Origin: a virus
DNA length: 64,000 bases
Virus record (IMG/VR): IMGVR_UViG_3300020055_000005
Span: 64,001 to 128,000 of that record
Direction: 5' to 3' (one strand)
The notes below the pieces were generated by a model. The model was not told where the DNA came from and did not search any database. It was given only the letters and a program-made list of their open reading frames with translations. Positions 18,571 to 27,735 of the stretch are shown one piece after another (within the stretch, counting starts at the first letter, position 1; the number at the start of each line of letters is the position of its first letter). A program made the translations under genes and the position numbers.

Positions 18571-19092
18571 TTAGTTAAATACAGTGTTCGGAAATGCTTC
18601 CTGAACAAACTTTTTATTGATATTTTTAAAAGGATTTACCTTGTCTTTAACTAAATCAATTAACACTGCTTCCTCTTTGGGAATGCCTTCTAACAGTTGA
18701 ATCCACAATGATTCTCTACGAACTTGTGGTACTTGTTCTGTTACAAAATACTTGAACTTTTTAAATTCAAATCTCAATGATGTTTCTGATAAATCTCCAG
18801 CTGGTGCCTGATTCTCACCGTAAGGTGTTTTACCATCAGGTAGTGTTGAATTAATATTATCATCAAATAACCATTGCAGTACTTTTTCTACTGCACCGTT
18901 TCGACTTGCAAAAGTTCTTAGACCATTGATTGCAAACTCTTCATTCTCTCCTAACACTAGGTCAGTCTGACAAAGAATCTCATATACGTTTGCATCATTA
19001 GTAAGACGAACTCTCTCAGTCACTAATTCCATTTTAGGTTTGTTAGGAGCACCCTTTGGTCTCCCTCTACCTCTTTTCTTTTCTTCACTCAT
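18571..19092 (-). CDS. Conserved T4-like hypothetical protein with N-terminal AT-hook
   Basis: KRGRGRPKG; LPDG.TPY, RRESLWIQLLEGI. Confidence 0.75.
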   Translation of the reverse strand: MSEEKKRGRGRPKGAPNKPKMELVTERVRLTNDANVYEILCQTDLVLGENEEFAINGLRTFASRNGAVEKVLQWLFDDNINSTLPDGKTPYGENQAPAGDLSETSLRFEFKKFKYFVTEQVPQVRRESLWIQLLEGIPKEEAVLIDLVKDKVNPFKNINKKFVQEAFPNTVFN

Positions 19093-19931
19093 AAATTAAA
19101 ATCCTCAATATTATTTAGAAGTTCATTCAAACGATGTTTCCTTAGGTAGTCAAACACTAACCCACTAGGAACATCCAAACTATCAAACTCGTTAAGGATA
19201 TTAGTTTCCATATCTTCAGGTATGAAATCCAAATCAATTAGAGTTTGGTTTCTTAAATAGTTACGATAGTATTTATCATCGTTTTCAATACTAATTCTGA
19301 GATACTTATCGACCACTGGTTTACGAAGTGGAGTTTGTCTAATACCTTCATCTAAACAATTATCATTAGATAGAATGTTTGGTATACCATCTGACTTATC
19401 ACCACGTAAGATATGTTCTTTAAGGAATACATCAGGGTCATCACACTGAATCATTTTATTCAGGTTAGGTGAGAACTGTTGCACTCCACGATACTTATGT
19501 AACTGTTGGAAATCTTTATCTCCACTCACAATAAGAATGTCTTCTTGTTCTGCAAAGTGTTTTACTAACACTGCAATGATATCATCTGCCTCTGCCTTTT
19601 CTACGTACATATACTTGTACGGAAAGTTCTCTTTGATTTCCATCTTAACTTGATGTAGTGTATCAAAGATAAACTTCCAATCCATGTCAGATGCATCACG
19701 AGCCTTCTTACGATTCGCTTTGTATTGTGGGAAGTAATCTCTTCTCCATGGATTAGGTGCATCTGTGCAAAGAACTATTTGACCGTAATCACCACTGTAT
19801 CTCTTTTGGTAATTACGTACTGAATTAAGAATCATGTGACGAAGTAAATCTTCCGACACCTCACCATCATTCATCTTCAATTGTGCCATCAGACCTGCAA
19901 TTATGGTCTGAGTAAAATCTATTAAAATCAT
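19089..19931 (-). CDS. rnh: RNase H / 5'-3' flap exonuclease (T4 rnh)
   Basis: ILIDF, YKANRK, EADDII, SGDKDF, GDKSDGIPN. Confidence 0.95.
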   Translation of the reverse strand: MILIDFTQTIIAGLMAQLKMNDGEVSEDLLRHMILNSVRNYQKRYSGDYGQIVLCTDAPNPWRRDYFPQYKANRKKARDASDMDWKFIFDTLHQVKMEIKENFPYKYMYVEKAEADDIIAVLVKHFAEQEDILIVSGDKDFQQLHKYRGVQQFSPNLNKMIQCDDPDVFLKEHILRGDKSDGIPNILSNDNCLDEGIRQTPLRKPVVDKYLRISIENDDKYYRNYLRNQTLIDLDFIPEDMETNILNEFDSLDVPSGLVFDYLRKHRLNELLNNIEDFNL

Positions 19932-20617
19932 TTAATCACTTTTATTAATAATGTATTTTTGGTAATAAGATCGTTTCCTGTTTTTAATTTACTTCTTGGA
20001 ATCTCTTCCATAAACTTTTGTGCAATAATATTACCACCTCTATACAGTCTATCAAGTAACTTGGAATCTGTCAAGGTCTTTTCTGAACATGAGTCGTATC
20101 CTATGATACGTGAACCTTTGACACTCAAGTGTCCATCGAACTGAGTAAGTTTCTTACTTGAAGTATTGTATGTAAATAATGTTCTTGCACGAATGATTTC
20201 TTTTGGGTCTACAGATTTAAATTGTTCCCACTCATCTAAGAAGGGTAACTTCTTAACGAGTTGAGCAGGAGTTTTAATACGAACCTTACGAACTGGTTTG
20301 TACTCTTCAATGTATTTGTCAATGTCATCTTCAAACCCTTGAATGGTTTTGATGATTCTCTCTTTTTGTTTTGCAGTGAGGAAGTTGTATGCCTCTGATA
20401 GTTGTTCACACTTTTCTTCGTTCTTTAATTCAAAGACGATGTGATCAAAGTGTCCTTTCATATACTGAACAACTCTTGAACTATAACCCAACTGTTTTAA
20501 AAGTTTATACATGGAGAATGATGTTTTCTTTTTTTCCATAAGATCATCTATGACACCCTCGACTTGACCGAGTGCATCGATGGCCTTATTTCTCATTCTC
20601 TCTTGTATGGTGTTCAT
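19928..20617 (-). CDS. Conserved hypothetical protein
   Basis: ORF next to rnh; LSVKGS.IIGYD. Confidence 0.7.
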   Translation of the reverse strand: MNTIQERMRNKAIDALGQVEGVIDDLMEKKKTSFSMYKLLKQLGYSSRVVQYMKGHFDHIVFELKNEEKCEQLSEAYNFLTAKQKERIIKTIQGFEDDIDKYIEEYKPVRKVRIKTPAQLVKKLPFLDEWEQFKSVDPKEIIRARTLFTYNTSSKKLTQFDGHLSVKGSRIIGYDSCSEKTLTDSKLLDRLYRGGNIIAQKFMEEIPRSKLKTGNDLITKNTLLIKVIK

Positions 20618-21384
20618 TACTCTTCTATAGTTGGTGGATAAAATTGTTGTATGTTACCTGCAACACTAATTCGTTCTCTGTCCTCTTGATAAAATTGGTG
20701 GACACTATGTTGTAACCATGATGGGAACATGATGATGTCACCCACATTAGGATAGTGTTGAAACTGTGAGAAGTTCATCCAAATGTGTTCACCGTATCTA
20801 CACTCAAGTGAACCTGCAAGTTGTTGACCTTTCTGATTGTCATAATGATTTTGAATTGCCTCCTCATAAGGAATGTCATTTTGTACATAGAAAACAAAAG
20901 AGAACATACCATCATGTACGTGGGGAGGATTGTATTCTTTTGCCTTTTGAATGTTGACCCACAATGCATCGACACCCAACTGTTGTTGTTTTAAATTTTC
21001 AAGTAGTTCGTCTGCCGCATAACCAGTTGCAGTTTCAATTCCTTCTAAGAAGTTTTTAGTGTGTAACATAAGGTGACCGTACACTCTGTCTGACACTATG
21101 TCACTAATGTTTAATTGTTCAATGATTCGTCCTGCAAGTCTATCACCAAAGTCTCTCTCAGGGTCACTACGTACTTTGTCGATTGCACTTTGAACTTCAT
21201 GCACTACGTAGTTTGCAAGTTTACCAACATAGATAGGTGGCCCAAAAGGTAACCTAGTCATACCATCAACTCTTTCAACTGATGACTTACCTGTTATTGT
21301 TCTTCCGTCTCCTAGATCATGTTTCTCTTCAGGAAAATCTAGGACTTTAGAATCCATTAAATCTGTTCTTATTTGTTCACTCAT
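20617..21384 (-). CDS. 2OG-Fe(II) oxygenase
   Basis: WVN, YNPPHVH, FPSWLQHSV, RISVAGN. Confidence 0.85.
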   Translation of the reverse strand: MSEQIRTDLMDSKVLDFPEEKHDLGDGRTITGKSSVERVDGMTRLPFGPPIYVGKLANYVVHEVQSAIDKVRSDPERDFGDRLAGRIIEQLNISDIVSDRVYGHLMLHTKNFLEGIETATGYAADELLENLKQQQLGVDALWVNIQKAKEYNPPHVHDGMFSFVFYVQNDIPYEEAIQNHYDNQKGQQLAGSLECRYGEHIWMNFSQFQHYPNVGDIIMFPSWLQHSVHQFYQEDRERISVAGNIQQFYPPTIEE

Positions 21385-21713
21385 TTCTTATGTAACTCCA
21401 CAAAATATTCTGCATCCACTAACACTAGTGGTTTTGTTCTGTTGCGTTTAATCACAACCAATGGTTCGTATCCTTTGCAGTTCTCAGTTGCCTGTTCGTA
21501 TGCCTTCCACACGTTTACTGCCTCCTGATTCTTACATTCTACACTATAAGGAAAGATTTGTCTAGTCTGTTTTCCCATGATGATGTCCTCACCTTGAGAA
21601 CCCATCGGTCTCGATTCAATGTCCTCTTCGTCTGCCCCTAGTGTCTCGACTAGAAGTTTGGTAAACCACTGTTGTAGTTTTCTACCCTTTGCTTTCGCTG
21701 AACTTGTTTTCAT
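21381..21713 (-). CDS. Small PD-(D/E)XK nuclease (resolvase-like)
   Basis: KAKGRKLQQW, GEDI, SVECKNQE. Confidence 0.7.
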   Translation of the reverse strand: MKTSSAKAKGRKLQQWFTKLLVETLGADEEDIESRPMGSQGEDIIMGKQTRQIFPYSVECKNQEAVNVWKAYEQATENCKGYEPLVVIKRNRTKPLVLVDAEYFVELHKK

Positions 21714-22323
21714 AATCTTCAGGGTCAGGTGACTTGAATCTTAGTGCTTCATTAGGTATGTATATATCTCCTTCTTCTTCAGGAATATACAAATGATTAA
21801 TCATTGAACGATTGCAAGTGTCAATCGCATCATAGACACTCTCCACTAATGACTCACCACCTAGGTTAAATGAAGTGTTAAAGATAATAGGAGTCCCAGT
21901 TCTCTCTCCAAACTTTTTGATAAGATTATAATAGACTGGATTGTCTTCTTCGGTAACCGTTTGGATTCTACAGGTTCCGTCTGCATGAACGAGTGTAGGA
22001 ATCTCTTGGTATGCTTTGTCTCTTGATTGAATTGCAAAAGACATGTAAGGTGAACCATACTTCTCTAACTGGTTCATATAAAAATATTCATTCGCATGTT
22101 CTCTTAATACACTACATGCAAATGGTCTGTACTCTTCTCTCATCTTAATGGAGTTAACGATGTTCTTTGCATCAGGATGTCTAGGGTCAAACATGATAGA
22201 ACGATTACCCAATGCACGTGGGCCCCATTCTGAATGACCTTGATAGATTGCAACAATCTGTTGATTCTCAATCAGTTCATCTAGAACGGAATCTAAGTCT
22301 CTGTGTATTTGTGTAACGATCAT
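21682..22323 (-). CDS. Carbamoyltransferase, C-terminal (YrdC-like) domain
   Basis: EWGPRALGNRSI, RPFA, HADGTCRIQTV, NTSFN. Confidence 0.92.
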   Translation of the reverse strand: MIVTQIHRDLDSVLDELIENQQIVAIYQGHSEWGPRALGNRSIMFDPRHPDAKNIVNSIKMREEYRPFACSVLREHANEYFYMNQLEKYGSPYMSFAIQSRDKAYQEIPTLVHADGTCRIQTVTEEDNPVYYNLIKKFGERTGTPIIFNTSFNLGGESLVESVYDAIDTCNRSMINHLYIPEEEGDIYIPNEALRFKSPDPEDYENKFSESKG

Positions 22324-23468
22324 GATGATAACTCCCTATGTAACCAAAGTGCGGCTCCTATTGCAGTACCACCATCATGAGGTACAGGGTCAACAAAGAA
22401 GTCAACCTCAGGGAACCTTTCCATATATTTGTAATTGTTCGTACAGTTCAATGAGAACCCTCCTGAGAGCACGATTCGATTGCAGTTAGGGTTTAGGTCT
22501 AATGCACGTTGAATAACCTTTACAGAGTGTTCTAGGGACTCTAACTCACATTGTTGTGCAACGGTATGTCTTGTAAACACATTGTCTCTTGGAGGTTGTT
22601 CTGCATAAGAAGCCATCCCCATGACTTTACCAGCTGCACGTCCTTCTGCATCACATCCCAATGCATAGGATAGATTACTGAAGTTCATTCCACACGATGG
22701 TGCAGACGTTAACACTGTTGGAACACCTTCGATGATGACCTCTGCATCATCAGGACAATCTAAACAGTTCTCTAACATATTTTGAAAACCGTGTGCTTTC
22801 CATTCTCCTAATGCACGATGATTGGATAGACGTTGCCATTGTAACTTGGGTTGTTTGGTTTTACCTTCGCAAAAATAAATGGATTCGATCTCTTGGTAAT
22901 TGGGATACTGTTTGTAGTTGGGTTGTGCGCCCCCACCATCCCATGTAATTGCGATTGCAGGTTCATCATCTTTGTACCATGGTGAAAAGTAATAACCACT
23001 CTCTGCATGATACAGGTGGTGTTTGGTTTCATCAAAGACAAACTCTTTTGATTCTAACTGTTCTGAAATGACCTTGTTGATTTCATTGTCACCTTCTTTA
23101 TCATGATTAATGAAGATACGTTTTCTTTCTTGGTCTTTATTGAACTCTTCTTCGATGTCTCGTAAACGACTCATGGTGACTTGTTCGTGTGCGAATGCAT
23201 TTGCAATGTCACGTTGGAGTAAACGGTCTTCTCTGACTTCATTGGAAAATTCTATTCGGAGGACTCGTCTGTCGAATGATGCAAAGATGAGGTGATCAGG
23301 TTGTGACACTCCACGTTGCACTAGTGTTAACAGATTACAGTCAGAAGGTTTCGGTGACCAGTACTTAGATCGTCTGTGTCGTTCTTCTTCCCATACGTTG
23401 GTGATGATACCATCTTTCGCAGTTACGATAGAAGTATCGTGTGATGTATTGATCGCTAATATGTCCAT
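22320..23468 (-). CDS. Carbamoyltransferase, N-terminal (Kae1-like) domain, CmcH/NodU family
   Basis: SHDTS, EEER, HHLYHA, DGGG, GKVMGMASY, SGG.SLNC, DGGTAIGAA. Confidence 0.9.
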   Translation of the reverse strand: MDILAINTSHDTSIVTAKDGIITNVWEEERHRRSKYWSPKPSDCNLLTLVQRGVSQPDHLIFASFDRRVLRIEFSNEVREDRLLQRDIANAFAHEQVTMSRLRDIEEEFNKDQERKRIFINHDKEGDNEINKVISEQLESKEFVFDETKHHLYHAESGYYFSPWYKDDEPAIAITWDGGGAQPNYKQYPNYQEIESIYFCEGKTKQPKLQWQRLSNHRALGEWKAHGFQNMLENCLDCPDDAEVIIEGVPTVLTSAPSCGMNFSNLSYALGCDAEGRAAGKVMGMASYAEQPPRDNVFTRHTVAQQCELESLEHSVKVIQRALDLNPNCNRIVLSGGFSLNCTNNYKYMERFPEVDFFVDPVPHDGGTAIGAALWLHRELSS

Positions 23469-23501
23469 AATATACCTTGTTGTCTTTTTATATAGTGTTC
23501 A

Positions 23502-23672
23502 CTATTTTTTGTCGAGTGAATAAAACTTTATAAGTTTTTCTGAAGTGGTGATGCCGTCGTCGATGAACATATTGATAATGTCTTTCTTACCTTGACTCCA
23601 ACCTGCTACCCAACTTCCTCCTGCACATGCAAGAATGAACACTATGTGTAATAAAATCATACTGTCGCTCAT
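23502..23672 (-). CDS. 56-aa membrane protein (not in track)
   Basis: MSDSMILLHIVFILACAGGSWVAGW...; ATGA-coupled. Confidence 0.65.
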   Translation of the reverse strand: MSDSMILLHIVFILACAGGSWVAGWSQGKKDIINMFIDDGITTSEKLIKFYSLDKK

Positions 23673-23887
23673 ATACCTGACTCCCAGTCTATATCGTCGT
23701 CGTCTACTCTTCTACGTTTACTTCTTGCAGTGAAGTAATCCTCTAAGTAGGGTTGCATAAATTCGTTGTAAGCATACTTAAAACTTACAACAGTGATTCC
23801 TATCATGGTTGTCCAAAAGATTGCCATGACAAAGAATTGTAAGAACACCAGTGGTGCCCAAAATAAATTAATTAGCCATTCGATCAT
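23669..23887 (-). CDS. Small membrane protein
   Basis: Hydrophobic N-terminal half. Confidence 0.6.
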   Translation of the reverse strand: MIEWLINLFWAPLVFLQFFVMAIFWTTMIGITVVSFKYAYNEFMQPYLEDYFTARSKRRRVDDDDIDWESGI

Positions 23888-24068
23888 AATCATCACCTTT
23901 TGCAAAGAACAGTCGTCTCTCGACATGTTCAATCACATCTTTTTCTTTATACCATAGACCTGAAAAGAGTTCGTTGTGATCTTCCCATTCTACGATGTAC
24001 CTTCGGTACCCAAACGGTCTCTCTGTGTAAATGACACAGTCACCGTAGTTCTGTAATACCATTCTCAT
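23868..24068 (-). CDS. Hypothetical protein
   Basis: ERPFGYRRYIV..FSGLWY. Confidence 0.65.
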   Translation of the reverse strand: MRMVLQNYGDCVIYTERPFGYRRYIVEWEDHNELFSGLWYKEKDVIEHVERRLFFAKGDDYDRMAN

Positions 24069-24081
24069 ATTTATATTTAGA

Positions 24082-24402
24082 CTAGACTAATAGTATCTTT
24101 TCTGCTAATGTGCGAATCAGAAACAGTAGTCCAACTCCGTTCAACAAGATCAATGCACGATCTTGCCATAATATACTCACCCATAACCATAGTGTAATCC
24201 CCACTAAGGATAGGTATAAGTCCAACATGCTATACTCAGGTATACCACGTAGGGACATTGCACCCAGTACGAAAAAACTTGCAACCCATTTCACGTACCA
24301 GTCAAGAGTGTACTTAGGTGTTGCACTCTTAAAGATACGTTTGGATTTTAGTTTTCCAATCTGTTCTTTCTGTTCATCAGTGAACTGTAATTTTGACACC
24401 AT
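24082..24402 (-). CDS. Three-TM membrane protein
   Basis: DWYVKW...WQDRALILLN. Confidence 0.7.
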   Translation of the reverse strand: MVSKLQFTDEQKEQIGKLKSKRIFKSATPKYTLDWYVKWVASFFVLGAMSLRGIPEYSMLDLYLSLVGITLWLWVSILWQDRALILLNGVGLLFLIRTLAEKILLV

Positions 24403-25553
24403 TAAATCTCCGTGTCTAGGTTGTCAGGGTTCAGGTATTTGTTACCTTTGAACTTGACAGGTTTGTTCATAGGATACAACTCATCATACGCCCATACCGC
24501 TGGAAGTGCAGAGTGTAAATGAATCGTCGGTAATGCACCTCTCTTCTTTGCATTGACCACACGTCCAGTGTTGTTCATAAAACCTTTCTTCACTCGCATG
24601 AATTTTTCAAATGCAGTAGAGAGTTGGTGTTCCCAATCTTTTCTTTTCTCTTTCGCAGTGGAACCACCTACGGTACCACAGTATAGTAATATATTCACCG
24701 TGTCGACATCTTCCCAACCAATCTTGTTGAAGTCTAACTCCGCCACCATGTTAAAGATTTTCATTTCTGAAGTTGCAGCTGCAAGTATCCATTTGGTATG
24801 TCGACCATCAGGGTCGATACCCATCAGTTCCCATATCTTGGATTTACTCGCACCACTAGGAAAGTGTCTGACTCCATTGTCATCACCGATCTTGTCTTTG
24901 ACCACATAGTCCACCACCTGTGCAATCTGAGCATCCGTAAACACTCCATTGACATCAATCTCTTGCATTTCTGCAGTGACGTAAGTACTGATCTGATCTT
25001 CGTCGTAAGGTTGGCCTAACGTAGAGAAGTGACCTTCGGTCTTGGTGATCATTCCCACCTTGACATCTTCTAGAGTCGCATCCCCACTTTGTTTCTTGTA
25101 GAGGTTGTAGATGAGTCCCAGTGAAACACGAATGTCGTTGAGTTTTGCTTCAGAAGGTTCGTTTTGAATCTCGAACACTTCGAAGATACATTCTTCGACG
25201 AAGTCTTCATCCAGTTTACCAACACGTGTGACACCATCTAGTAGATAATAGGTATCGGTCTCCACCACATACAAAACGATAGGGGGAACCTCACCAAAGG
25301 AAAAACCATTCTTATCGATGTCTTTCCATATTGCGTTTTTCTTTTTATTAACCCCAGTCCGTGCAAGTTGATTAAAAAAATCATCACGAACTATCGCATC
25401 AAGTTTAATGACACGTGGGTCTATGAGTTTGATTGCATGTTTGGGATAATCTTTGAAGACGTTAGGGTATGCACCTACTCTTCGGATTTTTTCTTTATAT
25501 TCTGCAAACAATTCATCTGATATGGTTGCTTGCTTATGAGTATATAATATCAT
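24402..25553 (-). CDS. ParB/Srx-like N-terminal domain protein
   Basis: NQLAR, DIDKNG, PPIV, YLLDGVTR; SD AAGGAG before ATG 25553. Confidence 0.6.
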   Translation of the reverse strand: MILYTHKQATISDELFAEYKEKIRRVGAYPNVFKDYPKHAIKLIDPRVIKLDAIVRDDFFNQLARTGVNKKKNAIWKDIDKNGFSFGEVPPIVLYVVETDTYYLLDGVTRVGKLDEDFVEECIFEVFEIQNEPSEAKLNDIRVSLGLIYNLYKKQSGDATLEDVKVGMITKTEGHFSTLGQPYDEDQISTYVTAEMQEIDVNGVFTDAQIAQVVDYVVKDKIGDDNGVRHFPSGASKSKIWELMGIDPDGRHTKWILAAATSEMKIFNMVAELDFNKIGWEDVDTVNILLYCGTVGGSTAKEKRKDWEHQLSTAFEKFMRVKKGFMNNTGRVVNAKKRGALPTIHLHSALPAVWAYDELYPMNKPVKFKGNKYLNPDNLDTEI

Positions 25554-25589
25554 ATTGTTCTTCTCCTTTAGAGTCACTTCAGACTCTGA

Positions 25590-25622
25590 TGTAACTAAAT
25601 TTAGTTACAAATTGTAACTAAA
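25590..25622. repeat. Three TGTAACTAAA 10-mers in alternating orientation
   Basis: Perfect 20-bp palindrome 25590-25609 overlapping a 23-bp palindrome 25600-25622. Confidence 0.85.
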
Positions 25623-25664
25623 AATATTATAAAAAAACTGCAGTCAACTTTGGACTACAGTACC

Positions 25665-25693
25665 ATTATAGTATACACCTCTACGTTTGTAAA
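25665..25693 (-). promoter_or_regulatory. Sigma70-like promoter followed by a terminator-like hairpin
   Basis: TTTACA-17-TATAAT; ACTGTAGTC-loop-GACTGCAGT-T-run immediately downstream. Confidence 0.6.
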
Positions 25694-25700
25694 GGGGGTT

Positions 25701-25859
25701 TTATAAAGTAGACAAATAAATCATCAGGTCATTCCATACATTCGGCACCATAGTATACACTACGAGAATAAGGAATATTAAGCCCACCGTACAAAGGTTC
25801 AGTATAAACCATACTATACTTAGGAGATTTTTTAACCCTGTCCATGCAAAATTAATCAT
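25701..25859 (-). CDS. 52-aa membrane protein (not in track)
   Basis: MINFAWTGLKNLLSIVWFILNLCTVGLIFLILVVY...*. Confidence 0.55.
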   Translation of the reverse strand: MINFAWTGLKNLLSIVWFILNLCTVGLIFLILVVYTMVPNVWNDLMIYLSTL

Positions 25860-26073
25860 AAGTGTCAACCTTTACGTCTAGGTTATCAAAGATCACAGGA
25901 ACATCAATATATTCACAGTGAGTATTGTCTTCCGTACACACTAGAATGTTTGTTCTTGCTTCACACCCACGATTATCACATTCGAATTTAATGGGGTCAC
26001 GTTCAAAGTCAACCACAACACACCCATGTAAAAAAGGTAGTGTAACACAAAATACCCCAAAAAAATTTTTCAT
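25852..26073 (-). CDS. Small Cys-rich putative lipoprotein
   Basis: Signal peptide with LHGC lipobox. Confidence 0.6.
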   Translation of the reverse strand: MKNFFGVFCVTLPFLHGCVVVDFERDPIKFECDNRGCEARTNILVCTEDNTHCEYIDVPVIFDNLDVKVDTYD

Positions 26074-26168
26074 AACACCTGTCCTAAGGTTATTAAAGTC
26101 GTTAACCCACCCAACGTAGAGACAAAGTCCCAGTCGAAGAGTCCGTGTTCAGTTAAAAATTTCATCAT
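26070..26168 (-). CDS. 32-aa membrane peptide, leaderless
   Basis: MMKFLTEHGLFDWDF...; ATG 6 nt after TATACT of the TTGACA-18-TATACT promoter (26175-26204). Confidence 0.6.
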   Translation of the reverse strand: MMKFLTEHGLFDWDFVSTLGGLTTLITLGQVL

Positions 26169-26393
26169 GGTTATAGTATATGAAAAAGTGAACAGCATTG
26201 TCAATAGGGGTTGGTATATAGAAATAAAAGGAATATGGATATAATTAATACCCAAAAAATAATTTTTCGCAGTGGTCTCATAATCTCCTCAGAAATATTC
26301 ACTAGGGGTCTTTAGTCGTTTCTCAAACACTCTAGGAGTCCCATACGACTGTTCTAAGAGCATTTAGGGGGGGTACCCTTGTCTCAGGTCACC

Positions 26394-26576
26394 TCAGTCA
26401 TCATCATCACGCTGGCGCAATTCTACGACATGTCCCTCTTTGTTCAGTGCAGACCCCAACTTAGAGGCCTCCATGAGAGACAGTGGTGTGTCATTGCGTT
26501 GTTCCAGTGGTGATTTCACTGTGCGATCTAACCCTATGACCTTACGATCTATAGAAAATACATCAAACATTCGCAT
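26394..26576 (-). CDS. Hypothetical protein
   Basis: MRMFDVFSIDRK...; AAGGA upstream. Confidence 0.5.
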   Translation of the reverse strand: MRMFDVFSIDRKVIGLDRTVKSPLEQRNDTPLSLMEASKLGSALNKEGHVVELRQRDDDD

Positions 26577-26938
26577 ACAACTTATCCTTCCATTTATCAG
26601 TCCTCTGAAACCCTTATTGGCAAAGGGTTTGGGGGTCTCTCTCATCCCCCCATGGTGATTGTCGGCATCACAGCCCCAGCGCCGTCACATTATTCATAAC
26701 GAATACAAGAGCCTTCACTGGTCACTCTTATAACTCTATTATACCATATAAGCATGGTATATACAAGGGGAAAACCCACCAGTCAGAAAGATTGCGACTC
26801 TTTTTTAGGACTACCAGTGGTATTAAACCCTCATATTGGTACTCTCGTCTAACAGTGGAGTCACTCCCTAGGTCAATATCATGGGGTCAGAACCCAATTC
26901 GATGACCGCCAGAAGACGATTTCCCATCATTCAAGTAC

Positions 26939-26968
26939 ATTATACACAAAAATGCACCCCTTTGTCAA
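26939..26968 (-). promoter_or_regulatory. Consensus sigma70 promoter driving a largely non-coding structured region
   Basis: TTGACA-18-TATAAT with extended TG. Confidence 0.75.
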
Positions 26969-26978
26969 GCCTTATACC

Positions 26979-27206
26979 CTAGTGAAAGGGTCTAGAAACA
27001 CCATTCACCACTAGAGAATCAATAAACATGTTGCCTCTAGGGTCTATAAAACCGTTACATACGCATATAGCACAGACCATATCCCATGAAGTGTTCATAG
27101 TGTCAGGGTTTTTATCTAATGCTAACTGCATTTGTTTACTATTAAAAGGTATATCAACAGGGGTATCTGTTGCAATATGTGTACCAGTAATACCGTTAAT
27201 AATCAT
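26979..27206 (-). CDS. Hypothetical early protein
   Basis: SD AGGAG; promoter TTGACA-18-TACTAT at 27228-27257. Confidence 0.7.
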   Translation of the reverse strand: MIINGITGTHIATDTPVDIPFNSKQMQLALDKNPDTMNTSWDMVCAICVCNGFIDPRGNMFIDSLVVNGVSRPFH

Positions 27207-27549
27207 AATACTTCTCCTATAGTACCTATAGTAACAAATGTTTAGGGGTATTGTCAAGCCCTCATATACGCAAATCACGCTGACACCCCACCTCTGAGAC
27301 CCTCTGTTTATAGGGGTTTCCGAGACCCTCCGAAAGTGCTTGACTCCTAATTAGAAATCGTGTTTGCCTCTCCGAACAACACCACCAAAACCCAAAATAA
27401 TCCACTTTCTCCCACCATGCTTAAATACGAATATATTTCACACTTTCACACACTTTGTCACACTAATATATTCACTCGCACCATGATCACCATAAAAATA
27501 TATTAAAACCCCCTTACATCAACCACTTAGTGTATGATATAATACACTT

Positions 27550-27735
27550 ATGAAGTATTATGAAAGAATTATCCAATATCTCAGAGATAATCCTTATATC
27601 GCATGTATGATATTTCTTACATTCGTTCTGATATTGGTTAAATACCTTCTTACAGGTTGTGTTATTGTATGCATAGAACCTTCCATCTACATAGACCCTA
27701 TTGATGTGTCTGAGGATATAGAACGTGTCGCCTAA
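27550..27735 (+). CDS. Small membrane protein, leaderless
   Basis: TGnTATAAT 6 nt before ATG; one TM helix. Confidence 0.55.
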   Translation: MKYYERIIQYLRDNPYIACMIFLTFVLILVKYLLTGCVIVCIEPSIYIDPIDVSEDIERVA

